The translations under genes were made by a program, and so were the position numbers. The notes beneath the pieces were generated by a model. That model did not search any database. It was not told the DNA's origin and was given only the letters and a program-made list of their open reading frames with translations. Source: an uncultured virus (IMG/VR IMGVR_UViG_3300020171_000002) (taxonomy: Duplodnaviria; Heunggongvirae; Uroviricota; Caudoviricetes). From it: 57,933 nt of DNA. This document shows positions 39,735-49,551 of the stretch, in pieces. How positions within the stretch are numbered: position 1 is the first letter of the stretch; each line of letters begins with the position of its first letter. The stretch is taken from the IMG/VR virus record IMGVR_UViG_3300020171_000002. One strand, 5' to 3'.

Positions 39735-41211
39735 AGAGAAAATTGCCAGAACATATAGTAATATATGGATAATTATACCATAAAATATATGGTATAATTA
39801 TTAGAAGATAACTATATCGGTTAAAGACTTATCGCAAAGTTAAGACCGAGGAAAGACTTATTTATAATGGGAAAAAGAAAATTTTGGACAAAAGAGGAAA
39901 TAAAAAATTTCATAGAACTATATCCTGAAACTCCAATGATTGAATTGATAAAAATTTTTAAAAGAAATAAGCAATCTTTAATTCAAAAAGCACATAAATT
40001 AAAAATACAAAAAATTATTAAAAATGGAAGTGTTGCTTTCACCAAAGAAGAAATTGAAAAAATAATATTTGATTCTAAAACCATATCTGTTGTTAATCTA
40101 TCTAAAAAATATAACAGAGATGAAAGCACAATATCGAGTGTATTAAAAAGAAATAAAATTTCTCCTGTAAAAAATGATTTTTGGTGGACAGAAGATGAAG
40201 AATTGTTTTTAATTAATAATTATAACAATTTTTCTACAAAAGAATTGGAAAATAAATTAAATAGGAATAGGAAAACAATTACTAAAAAGGCAAGATTGAT
40301 TGGTTTAAAAAGAATGAACAATTCTGGTGAATTTCGTAAAAATCCATCTATAATAAATGAAAAAGAATCGCTATATATTTTAGAAAATCATGATAAACTA
40401 ACAACAGTTGAAATAGCAAGAAATTTAGGAAGAAAATCCGTTGACATTATTCTTTTTTGTAAAAGAAATAACTTAAGTTTTATTAGAGGAAGAAAAGACT
40501 TAAATAATTTTTCTGATAAAAAATTATTAAATGAACTTATAGAAATGTCAAAAGAGCTAGGGAGATGTCCTAATATTAGTGAAATTTCTAATAATATAAA
40601 TCTTCCTGCTGTTGACATATATTTTGACAGATTTGGAAGTTTTACAAATGCTTGTGAAAAAGCAGGATTAATTCCTAACATCGGAAGATATGGAACACAA
40701 TGTTATTCTAAAAATCATGATTTTTGTTACTCTATTCAGGAACAAATTATAACAGATTATTTTATAGATAATAATATTCAGTATATAAAAGAATATCCTT
40801 ATTCAAAAATAATAAAAAATCAACCCGTTAGATATATTATGGATTGGTTGATTAATGAAAATATTGTTGTTGAATATTTTGGAATGATAAACGATAAAGA
40901 ATATAATAAAAAAACAAAAGAGAAAATAAAAATATGTAAAAATAATAATATTAAAATAATTTCAATTTTCCCAAAAGATTTAAAAATTTTGTCCAAAAAG
41001 TTTTTAACAATAAATAAGAATCCGTAACGACTACAGGGTGTTTATAGTAATATAAATACTGAAGTTATCCTCCTTGAAAAAGGATGAATATATAGTCTGA
41101 ACTGCAAAAATAATGCGAAAAAATAAAATTGCAGAAATAAGAAGAAATTCTTGTTCGCTATTTATTTATTAAATAGTCATAAAGGTATGTGGATACCTTA
41201 GTAACAGATTG
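39735..41211 (+). mobile_element. Group I intron in the tape measure gene
   Basis: Exon CTGGU pairs with GCCAG (P1). P3 is GATAACT/AGTTATC. P7 elements are AACGACTAC and ATATATAGTCTG. Terminal G at 41211. Splicing gives YATSAG-EIATAL in frame. Confidence 0.88.
39867..41027 (+). CDS. Intron-encoded putative homing endonuclease (HTH/Myb-like repeats plus PD-(D/E)XK-like domain)
   Basis: WTKEE/WTEDEE repeats, ELGRCP...FGSF..A...AG repeat, and C-terminal S..E...D...VEYFG. Confidence 0.75.
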   Translation: MGKRKFWTKEEIKNFIELYPETPMIELIKIFKRNKQSLIQKAHKLKIQKIIKNGSVAFTKEEIEKIIFDSKTISVVNLSKKYNRDESTISSVLKRNKISPVKNDFWWTEDEELFLINNYNNFSTKELENKLNRNRKTITKKARLIGLKRMNNSGEFRKNPSIINEKESLYILENHDKLTTVEIARNLGRKSVDIILFCKRNNLSFIRGRKDLNNFSDKKLLNELIEMSKELGRCPNISEISNNINLPAVDIYFDRFGSFTNACEKAGLIPNIGRYGTQCYSKNHDFCYSIQEQIITDYFIDNNIQYIKEYPYSKIIKNQPVRYIMDWLINENIVVEYFGMINDKEYNKKTKEKIKICKNNNIKIISIFPKDLKILSKKFLTINKNP

Positions 41212-44200
41212 GAAATAGCCACAGCCCTACAATATTCGTCAAACTCCGCTCAACAAGCAGGAATTAGTTTTGATGAATTAGCAAGTTATGTAACAGTTTT
41301 AAGTTCTGTAACCAGAAGAAGTGCTGAAAGCATAGGACAGAGCTTAAAAACGATGTTCGCCAGAATGGAGAACATAAAATTAGGAAAAATGTTCGAAGAT
41401 GATGCAACAACTCTTAACGATGTAGAAAGAGCTTTGACATTAGTAAACATAAAATTAAGAGACACAGAAACCTCATTTAGACCTATGGGGGATGTAATGG
41501 ACGAGATTGCTGAAAAATGGTCTACGATGAACGAAATAGAACAAAGTGCAGTTGCAAATGCTATTGCTGGTGTTCGGCAGCGTGAGAATTTTTTGGTGTT
41601 AATGTCAAATTACAACGAAGTTCTAAATGCTCAAGCCATTCAACTTCATTCTCTTGGATTAGCAACAGAACGATATGAAATTTACATGGATTCCATAGAG
41701 GGAAAAGCAAATACCTTAAAGGCATCAATGGAAAATTTGTGGCAAAAAGCCATTGATGATGATGTTATTAAATTCTTTTTAGACTTAGGAATTTCTTCTG
41801 CTGAAGCAATTGACAAAATGGGTGGATTAATTCCTATTTTGGAATCTATTATTGGTTTAGTTGCAGTTTTAAGCGCTCAAACAATGGCAAATTTTATTGT
41901 TAAAATTTTGGGTGCAGCTACAGCAGTACAAGGATTTTCTTTTTCATTAATTAGTTTACAGCTTTTATTAAAAACATCTATTTCTTGGGTTTCAATTTTT
42001 CAGGTTGCTATTGTTGCTTTAACTGCCGTAATTATAACATATCAACAAACAGTTAAGAAACAGCAAGATTTAGGATTAGAAAGTACAACTAATGCCTGGT
42101 CTAATGCTTTTAAAAACTTGGGAGAAGAAATTAAGACCACCGAACAAATAATGGGTGAATATAAAAAAATGGTGGATTCTGTCAATGAGGCTCATAATAA
42201 GGCAGGATTGATAGCTGATCTTTTTGTAGATAAACAAAAGATACTTGATCAAGGATTGAAAGAAGTAATTGTAACCTTAAAAGATACCACTTCTAATTAT
42301 AATGATTATATTGAGGCGGTAGAAAAGGCAGCCGAATTAGCTGGATATACTGTAACAGAAAACGGAAAATTGGTAAGGACTGTAAGTTCAGCAGGAAAAG
42401 TTGTTGTAAAAACAGCGGATGATTTTGGTGTTCTTACTGATGCTGAACTCGCTTTATTTAATGCTACGAAAGCAGAATTAGATACTTGGGTAACAGCCTG
42501 GAAACGTGCTCATGGTCAAATATTTGATAGTACAGAAGAATTATCTCAAGCATTTGATGATCTGCAATACATACTTGATGATTCATTTGGGAAAGCATTT
42601 GATTCTTACCACGAAAAACAAGAAAAAGCAGCAATTCAAGCGGCAGAACTAAGAGAAGAAATACGATTGCTTTCAGAACAACCAACATCGACAGATGAAC
42701 AATTAACTCAATTAGGTGATCTTCAATATGAATTGTATAATGTTGAACAGGATATTTTAAAAACTGCCGATGCTTATGAAAAATCTCTTCAAGCGTCTAT
42801 TATTAGCACATTTATTCAAAGAGTTTCTTTATCTGAACTTAGTTTAGATGCTAAAAATGCTGCTTATAATATGGCTGCTGATATGATGCAAGCTTGGGGA
42901 TTGATGGGCGCTGAAACCGTAAGAGTTATGGGAGCAATGGATCAAGCATTAGTTGATTTAGCAAATGGCGCATATGATTCTGCTCAATTAGCTTTAGAGG
43001 CAATTTACAATCTTGGAACTGCCGCATCTGCCATTAGTGGTAATTATTATATGACCTTTTGGGTCAATACTGTCACTGGAAATGTTGTATCTCCTGGAAC
43101 TTTGGATGAAAATGATCCACTATGGGGACTACAGAATAATCAAGCAACAACTTTAGCTTTTAATCCACCTCCTACAAATGTTCCAACTCGATCTTCTTTT
43201 CCTGGATTTTCAGGTAGTGGTAGTAGTGGTGGTAGTGGTGGTGGAGGATCTTCTGCTGCTCCAAAAGAAGAAATAAAAACACTCAAAGATCTTCATAACC
43301 TTGTAATCAGTTTAATTAAAGCAGAGAAAAACGCAATAAAAGATTCCTTAAAAGAACAGTTAGACGCTTATGAAGAAATTATTGATGCCAAAAAAGAAAT
43401 CCTAAAAGCAGAGCAAGAGTCTATAGAATACCAAGAGGAACTTGAAGATAAAACCAAGGGTATTGCTAAAATTCAATCTGAAATGGCAATTTTGGCACTT
43501 GATACCTCTGCGGAGTCGAAAGCAAGACAGTTAGAACTTGCTGAAGAATTATCAGATGCTCAAAAAGACTTAGAACAGACTCAAAGAGATCGATCTTATG
43601 ATCTGCAAGAAGAGGCATTAGATAAAGAATATGATCTATATAAAGAAAATATTGATTTACAAATTGCAGCTATTGATGAATATTTAGATAAAACTGGTCA
43701 GATTGCTCAAGATGCATTAAACATAATAGGTGAACAAGCTCCTAATTTATATCAATCATTGATAGATTGGAATGAAGAATATGGATCTGGAATTAAAACC
43801 GATGTAATAGAAGCATGGAACGAAGCCTATGATGCATTATTAAAGTATGGAAATTTAGCAGATGCATTATATGGTGGAGTTTCTCCAACTGCATCTACTG
43901 AAACACTTCCTACTCATCATAGTGGCTTATCTTCTGGCGCAGTGGGTGGTGTTAGAACATTACCTGGTGAGGTTCTTTCTAAATTACTTGTTGGTGAAGA
44001 AGTAATGAACAATAACGACATACTAAAAACTTTAAAAATGATTCCTAGCGTGGCTAACATTATCAACAGGTCTCAAGGTTCTGGAGGTTTGAATATTGAA
44101 AGCTTAATTACTGTTCAAGGTGATGTAATTGAAAGAACAATTCCAAAAATAAAGGATATTGCTAGGGATGTTATAAAAGAAATTAATTCTACTCTTGTTC

Positions 44201-44241
44201 GACAAGGAAGTGTGAGAGATGTCGCATCAATTTATGGTTAA
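41212..44241 (+). CDS. Tape measure protein, exon 2 (spliced about 1284 aa)
   Basis: Continuation SAESIGQSLKTMFAR...AGVRQ, hydrophobic segments and coiled coils. Confidence 0.85.
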   Translation, partial: EIATALQYSSNSAQQAGISFDELASYVTVLSSVTRRSAESIGQSLKTMFARMENIKLGKMFEDDATTLNDVERALTLVNIKLRDTETSFRPMGDVMDEIAEKWSTMNEIEQSAVANAIAGVRQRENFLVLMSNYNEVLNAQAIQLHSLGLATERYEIYMDSIEGKANTLKASMENLWQKAIDDDVIKFFLDLGISSAEAIDKMGGLIPILESIIGLVAVLSAQTMANFIVKILGAATAVQGFSFSLISLQLLLKTSISWVSIFQVAIVALTAVIITYQQTVKKQQDLGLESTTNAWSNAFKNLGEEIKTTEQIMGEYKKMVDSVNEAHNKAGLIADLFVDKQKILDQGLKEVIVTLKDTTSNYNDYIEAVEKAAELAGYTVTENGKLVRTVSSAGKVVVKTADDFGVLTDAELALFNATKAELDTWVTAWKRAHGQIFDSTEELSQAFDDLQYILDDSFGKAFDSYHEKQEKAAIQAAELREEIRLLSEQPTSTDEQLTQLGDLQYELYNVEQDILKTADAYEKSLQASIISTFIQRVSLSELSLDAKNAAYNMAADMMQAWGLMGAETVRVMGAMDQALVDLANGAYDSAQLALEAIYNLGTAASAISGNYYMTFWVNTVTGNVVSPGTLDENDPLWGLQNNQATTLAFNPPPTNVPTRSSFPGFSGSGSSGGSGGGGSSAAPKEEIKTLKDLHNLVISLIKAEKNAIKDSLKEQLDAYEEIIDAKKEILKAEQESIEYQEELEDKTKGIAKIQSEMAILALDTSAESKARQLELAEELSDAQKDLEQTQRDRSYDLQEEALDKEYDLYKENIDLQIAAIDEYLDKTGQIAQDALNIIGEQAPNLYQSLIDWNEEYGSGIKTDVIEAWNEAYDALLKYGNLADALYGGVSPTASTETLPTHHSGLSSGAVGGVRTLPGEVLSKLLVGEEVMNNNDILKTLKMIPSVANIINRSQGSGGLNIESLITVQGDVIERTIPKIKDIARDVIKEINSTLVRQGSVRDVASIYG

Positions 44242-44253
44242 TAGTTTAAAAAA

Positions 44254-44276
44254 TAGGGGAGAGAAACTCTCCCCTA
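44254..44276. terminator. Hairpin after the tape measure gene
   Basis: TAGGGGAGAG/CTCTCCCCTA. Confidence 0.55.
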
Positions 44277-44302
44277 ATAATTAAGAAAGGAGGAAAACGA
44301 GT

Positions 44303-45094
44303 ATGGGTTTTTATGCAAAAAATTTTGTATATGGTGGAGAAGTAAGCGAATCTTATAATCTTCAGATTGGATCTAGTGATGTTGGAACAATAAGTTCAAA
44401 CGGAAGTGGAACTATAGAAGTAATTCAAGATTTTATTTTTAGAAAACCTGTTCCATATTTTTATGGTGTAAAATATAGTTCCAATTTATCTTTTCCTGTA
44501 ACTTTTTTTTCTCCAGATGAAATAACTGCTTTAGATGCAAGTTATATTCAAAAATGGTTGTTTGGTGGATTGAATTATAAAGATCTGGCAATAGCTCAAC
44601 CAGATATGGAAGGAATTTATTTTAAGTCAATTTTTACCAATCCTCAAATTATAAGATCTGGAAATTTGATAAGAGGATTTTCTGGTACTTGTATTTGTGA
44701 TTCTCAATGGGTTAGAACATATCCTAGAACAACAACATATAATTATGCGAGTGCTCCTTCAGGAAGTTCTATTGTTTTCTATAATAATTCACATTATGAA
44801 GGATATAATAGACCAAATATTTCTTTTACGATGAATGCTTCAGGTGGTGATATTTCTATTGTTAATTCGAGTGATTCAAATAGAGAATTTGAATTTACAG
44901 GTTTATCTCCATATGAAGTAATAACTGTAAATTCTGATTTAGGAATTATCGAATCTAATTTAGGATATAGAAGATTGGCAAATTTTAATAAAAATTTTAT
45001 GAGGTTTAAAGATGGGTTGAACAATCTTGAACTTACGGGCGACATATCTCAATTGAATATTACGTATCAATTTATCAGACGTTTAGGAGGATAA
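44303..45094 (+). CDS. Distal tail protein (Dit, YomH-like)
   Basis: Follows the tape measure gene, with IQKWLF and FNKNFMRFKDGLNNL motifs. Confidence 0.8.
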   Translation: MGFYAKNFVYGGEVSESYNLQIGSSDVGTISSNGSGTIEVIQDFIFRKPVPYFYGVKYSSNLSFPVTFFSPDEITALDASYIQKWLFGGLNYKDLAIAQPDMEGIYFKSIFTNPQIIRSGNLIRGFSGTCICDSQWVRTYPRTTTYNYASAPSGSSIVFYNNSHYEGYNRPNISFTMNASGGDISIVNSSDSNREFEFTGLSPYEVITVNSDLGIIESNLGYRRLANFNKNFMRFKDGLNNLELTGDISQLNITYQFIRRLGG

Positions 45095-45095
45095 C

Positions 45096-47216
45096 ATGCA
45101 AGTATCATTTGATATTTATAATCAGCCTGAACGTCCATCAATAGTTTTATGTAATCCTGATGGGGAACAACTTTATTCTTTAGAATCTGCTTATAATGTT
45201 AAACCAATATTAAGATTTAATGCTCAAAGTGAAATTGAATTTGATTTTCCTAAGTATATCGATGGAGTTGAACTTCCAGGTTTTGATTATCTTCAATCTA
45301 AAAGACTTGTTTTGTTAGATGGAATAGGTTATTTTATTATTGTCGATCCTGAAAAAAGTGATGATGGGGGAACTCCCATTAAACATATTAAAGGATATAG
45401 TAGAGAATCTGAACTTGTTTTTAAAAAAATAAACATATTATCAGGAACATATAAATTGTACAACGAAGATGATCCAACAGACACAGATACATTGGTTGGA
45501 CTAATTCTTTTCTATGCTCCCAATTGGAGTGTTTCACAAATAGATTCAACTTTGATTGATTTGTATAGAACATTTAATATTACAGATACTAATCTATATC
45601 AATTTCTTACATCAGATGCTTCAACTGCGTATAATTGTTTTTTTATTTTTGATTTTTTAAATAGGTCAATAAAAATATTAGATGTTGAAAGAGACATAAC
45701 GGCAACAGATGTTTATTTATCTTTTGATAATTTGATAAAAGATCAGGACTATAATGAAATTAGTGAAGAAATAACAACTGCATTATATTGTTACGGTGGT
45801 GGTAATCTAACTATTAGAAATGTGAATCCGTTAGGAACAAATTTAATTTATGATTTTTCTTATTATAAAAATACCAATTGGATGTCTCAAGATTTAGTAG
45901 ATGCAATAACCGCATGGGAAAATAAAATTGAATTATATAAAGATGATTATTTTGCATATTCTATTTTGTTGACAGATTATCAAACCGAATTAGTAACAGA
46001 ACAAACGACATTGGTGGAACTTCAATCTCAATTAGCTGTTTATCAACAAACCTACGATGTAAGAAGTGAACAAGGATTAGATACAACAGAAATAGAAGCA
46101 TTGATTGATCAACAAGAAATTTTGATAAATAATCAAAACCTTGTAATTATTGGTATACAAAACGACATAACTTCTACTGCATTAACTATGAGCAATATTA
46201 ATACTGAATTGTCTTTTACTAATACATCAAACTTTACAACAGAACAGTATTTAAAACTTTCAAATTTTATATATGAAAACACGTATAAAAATGAAAATAT
46301 AATTATTACAAGTTTAATGAGTAATGCAGAAATCAATAATCAAAGTTTAGAATTATATAATGCTTCTTCTGTTGTTCTTAGTAAAATGGCTGTTCCTAGA
46401 TATCAAATAACTATTAATGCTATAAATTTTCCTACAATTTATGATTTTGCCCCTATGATAAGTCAATTTGTTTTAGGGGATCAAATAACCATAGAAACAG
46501 ATGAGAATTTATTATTGTCTGCCACACTTTTAGAATATAGTTTTAATTATGAAGATCCAACTGATTTTTCAATAACAATTTCAAATAAACAAAGGATAAA
46601 TGATTCTAGTTTTATTTTATCTGACTATATTCAAAAAACATTAAAGGTTGCCTCAGATGTCAGTTTTACTAAAGAGGCTTATAATGATTGGAGTACCAAT
46701 AAACCCATTATTATAGACAATGTTATAACTCCATCTGGAATTTCTTCTTATGGAATTATTGCAGAAAATATTAAAGGTGAAATTACTGCAACTCCGACTT
46801 TAAATATAACAAATATAAATTCTACAAGCGGATCATCTAATTTTGTTTTAAATCAAGAAGGTGTTGTTTTACGAGAACCTACAATATACACTGTAGATGG
46901 TGGAGTTGGTATTAGTAGAGATATCGTTACTGCTGGAGGAGGCGTTGTTTCTTTTAGAAATGGGGTTTTTATTAGCGGTAGTGGTTTAGCTGAAGGAAGT
47001 TCTTTAACAGTTATTGAAGATTTAACTGGTCAATCTGGCAGTTATATTTTTGTTAGTGGAAGTTATATTGGAAATTCAAGTAGAATTTATGTAAATGGAA
47101 TTACTCAAATTAAAGGAATTCATTACAATGAATCTCCTTCTAGTGGAGCAACTATGATTGATGAAATTCAAGTTGGAGATGGCGTATTATTCGAATATGT
47201 TCCATTGATAACTTAG
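45096..47216 (+). CDS. Baseplate hub/Tal-like protein (YomG-like)
   Basis: Follows Dit, with TALYCYGG...IRNVNPLGT..IYDFSYY. Confidence 0.75.
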   Translation: MQVSFDIYNQPERPSIVLCNPDGEQLYSLESAYNVKPILRFNAQSEIEFDFPKYIDGVELPGFDYLQSKRLVLLDGIGYFIIVDPEKSDDGGTPIKHIKGYSRESELVFKKINILSGTYKLYNEDDPTDTDTLVGLILFYAPNWSVSQIDSTLIDLYRTFNITDTNLYQFLTSDASTAYNCFFIFDFLNRSIKILDVERDITATDVYLSFDNLIKDQDYNEISEEITTALYCYGGGNLTIRNVNPLGTNLIYDFSYYKNTNWMSQDLVDAITAWENKIELYKDDYFAYSILLTDYQTELVTEQTTLVELQSQLAVYQQTYDVRSEQGLDTTEIEALIDQQEILINNQNLVIIGIQNDITSTALTMSNINTELSFTNTSNFTTEQYLKLSNFIYENTYKNENIIITSLMSNAEINNQSLELYNASSVVLSKMAVPRYQITINAINFPTIYDFAPMISQFVLGDQITIETDENLLLSATLLEYSFNYEDPTDFSITISNKQRINDSSFILSDYIQKTLKVASDVSFTKEAYNDWSTNKPIIIDNVITPSGISSYGIIAENIKGEITATPTLNITNINSTSGSSNFVLNQEGVVLREPTIYTVDGGVGISRDIVTAGGGVVSFRNGVFISGSGLAEGSSLTVIEDLTGQSGSYIFVSGSYIGNSSRIYVNGITQIKGIHYNESPSSGATMIDEIQVGDGVLFEYVPLIT

Positions 47217-47228
47217 AAAGGTGAAAAA

Positions 47229-47576
47229 ATGAATTATGTTACTTTTTCAAGTTTAAATAGTTTAGGGGAAATAAATTTTATTGCTGGAACAAGTTATACA
47301 ATAAAATTTTTGTGCTATGATCAAGATGGAAATGATTTAGATATTAGTGCTGCTGATTGTACGTGGAACTTAGCTCCATTTGGAACAGATTATGCTATAG
47401 TAACAAAAACGGGAAATGTGATTACCACCAACAGTTTTGAAATTGTTCTTGCTCCTATTGATACAAGAGATTTATCAAATGGCAAATATACACATCAACC
47501 AACCATTGTTTTCTCTAATGGCGTTGAAGTAGTTCCTGCTCAAGGAATCATAGCTGTGACAAAAAGGATAAGATAA
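47229..47576 (+). CDS. BppU-like baseplate adaptor
   Basis: IVLAPIDTRDL.GKY.HQ...QG pattern. Confidence 0.6.
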   Translation: MNYVTFSSLNSLGEINFIAGTSYTIKFLCYDQDGNDLDISAADCTWNLAPFGTDYAIVTKTGNVITTNSFEIVLAPIDTRDLSNGKYTHQPTIVFSNGVEVVPAQGIIAVTKRIR

Positions 47577-47577
47577 T

Positions 47578-47820
47578 ATGGCTGATCCAACTAGCGTTTC
47601 TGGAAGTAAAAATTTATATATTTATCAAGAAAACCATATTGTTAGAACGGGAATTTTAAAATATTATGATCCACTAATGTTTTCTGATTTAGCTTTTGAA
47701 ATTCTTTCAGATTTAAATGTTGTTGATCATACTTTACCAAGTACAGATCCAACATCAAATCAGCAACCAGAGGGTATAAATTTTGTAATATTTGATCTAA
47801 CAATTGTGAGTGGGAGTTAA
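47578..47820 (+). CDS. Small tail-tip protein
   Basis: Tightly coupled ORF in the baseplate module. Confidence 0.6.
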   Translation: MADPTSVSGSKNLYIYQENHIVRTGILKYYDPLMFSDLAFEILSDLNVVDHTLPSTDPTSNQQPEGINFVIFDLTIVSGS

Positions 47821-47821
47821 T

Positions 47822-48658
47822 ATGACTACTACAAATTTAAATTTATTTACATATAATTTAGGAACAAATGGAGATATTGGATTTGACGATTTAAGAAGTT
47901 TTATAAATGGATCTGGAAGTTCTAGTAATATGATAAAAATAGATAATTGGGCTTTTCAACAACCCATTATTTTGTCATCTATATTGAGTTCTTTTTCTGG
48001 ATCAAATACATTAATTAGTGGATCATTGGATTCTATGGATACAATTTTAGCAAATTCTGCATCTCAAATATCTGAGTTAGATAATAGATTTGAAATACTT
48101 GGAACATTTAGTGGAAGTGGTCAAGCTGATTTTTCTAGTATTTCTCAAGATTATGAAAATTTAATAATTTTAGGTGTTGCTTCGTCTAGTTATCCATCTT
48201 ATTTTTCCAATATTGGAATTGATTTTAATGGCGATACATCAGGAAGTAATTATTCTGTTACTCAATACGATAATTCTGGATCAAATACAGGTGGAGGACT
48301 TTTTTATAATTCTGTAACTATTTCTGGTTCTTCATCTTTTAATCAAATAATTTTAGGAAAAATAACGGGAAATATTCATTCTGAATATGGAGGAATAGTT
48401 TTAGGAATTGTTCCCAATTATTCTGGAAGTGGTGGATTTTATAAAACATCAATGGGTATTAATCTTACCATAAGCGGATCGGGAATAGACAAATACGATG
48501 AAGGAATTCCAAGAAATGAACGGGTTTCTATTAATTTATCTGGAGGCGCATGGAAAAACAATGTTCCAATTGATAGGGTTAGAGTTTTTGGAAGCAGTGG
48601 AAGTAGTAAATATGACTTTTTAGATGGAACAGCAATAACAATATATGGATTTAAATAA
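47822..48658 (+). CDS. Short tail fibre / receptor-binding-like protein
   Basis: SNM.KID anchor, coiled segment, and C-terminal ADFSSISQDYENL...ITIYG domain. Confidence 0.65.
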   Translation: MTTTNLNLFTYNLGTNGDIGFDDLRSFINGSGSSSNMIKIDNWAFQQPIILSSILSSFSGSNTLISGSLDSMDTILANSASQISELDNRFEILGTFSGSGQADFSSISQDYENLIILGVASSSYPSYFSNIGIDFNGDTSGSNYSVTQYDNSGSNTGGGLFYNSVTISGSSSFNQIILGKITGNIHSEYGGIVLGIVPNYSGSGGFYKTSMGINLTISGSGIDKYDEGIPRNERVSINLSGGAWKNNVPIDRVRVFGSSGSSKYDFLDGTAITIYGFK

Positions 48659-48679
48659 CTGAAAGGATGTGCTAATTAA

Positions 48680-49444
48680 ATGACAACTACAAGTTCTTTT
48701 TTAAATTTAATTTTATATAACAGCACAACAGATCAAAGTGGAAGTTTCATTAGTTGGACAAACGATGTTGCTGGATCATCTAATAGTAATATGACGAAAA
48801 TTGATTCTTTTTCACAAGAAATAAGCGGATGTGTTGTGTCGTTAAATTCTAATATAAGTGGATCTATTACTTCAATAAATAGTAATATTTCTATCTTAAG
48901 TGGTTCTGCCACTGCATTAAGTGGCAGTTTGGTTACTGCTAATTACAAATTTCAAAAATTAGGTGAATTTTCTGGTGCTGGTCAAGCAGATTTTACAAAC
49001 ATTCCTCAAAATCATTCTCATTTGTTAATAATGGGAATTACGGGAACTGCCTATACAAGTATATCTAATGTTGTAGCGGATTTTAATGGAGATGCAAATC
49101 AGGGTAATTATGGAAGTGTTCAATGGTCTAAAAGTTCCTCTTTAGAATATCTTAGTGATAGACCCTGTGGTGGAATTGTTATAGGAAACGCAAATAATTA
49201 TTCTGGAAATTTGTATGGAAATTCATTATTTGCTATGATTCCAAATTATAGTGCATCTGGTGGATTTTTTAAAACAGCTATGGGATATCTTGCAACAATA
49301 GAAAATTCATATCATGTTGGAATAATAGGAGGAGTTTGGAAATCTACATCTCCTATTACTAGACTAAGAATATCGGTAAGTTTTAGCGGAACTAGATATA
49401 ATTTTATTGCAGGAACAAAACTTTCTCTGTATGGTTTTGGATAA
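48680..49444 (+). CDS. Short tail fibre / receptor-binding-like protein, paralog of the previous gene
   Basis: Shares the SSNMTKID, FSG.GQADF, DFNGD, PNYS.SGGF.KT.MG and YGF motifs. Confidence 0.65.
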   Translation: MTTTSSFLNLILYNSTTDQSGSFISWTNDVAGSSNSNMTKIDSFSQEISGCVVSLNSNISGSITSINSNISILSGSATALSGSLVTANYKFQKLGEFSGAGQADFTNIPQNHSHLLIMGITGTAYTSISNVVADFNGDANQGNYGSVQWSKSSSLEYLSDRPCGGIVIGNANNYSGNLYGNSLFAMIPNYSASGGFFKTAMGYLATIENSYHVGIIGGVWKSTSPITRLRISVSFSGTRYNFIAGTKLSLYGFG

Positions 49445-49551
49445 CTTTTTATTTTAAATAAAATGTTGATTTTATTTGGTTTTTAACCCCCATATATAGG
49501 GTATGGTTATTGTTTAACCCCCATATGTGGGGGTTAAGTTAAGGAGAACAA

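Noticed and set aside
10667..49444. Diversity-generating retroelement acting on fibre genes
   Set aside because: No reverse transcriptase is present, and I saw no template/variable repeat pair differing at adenines.
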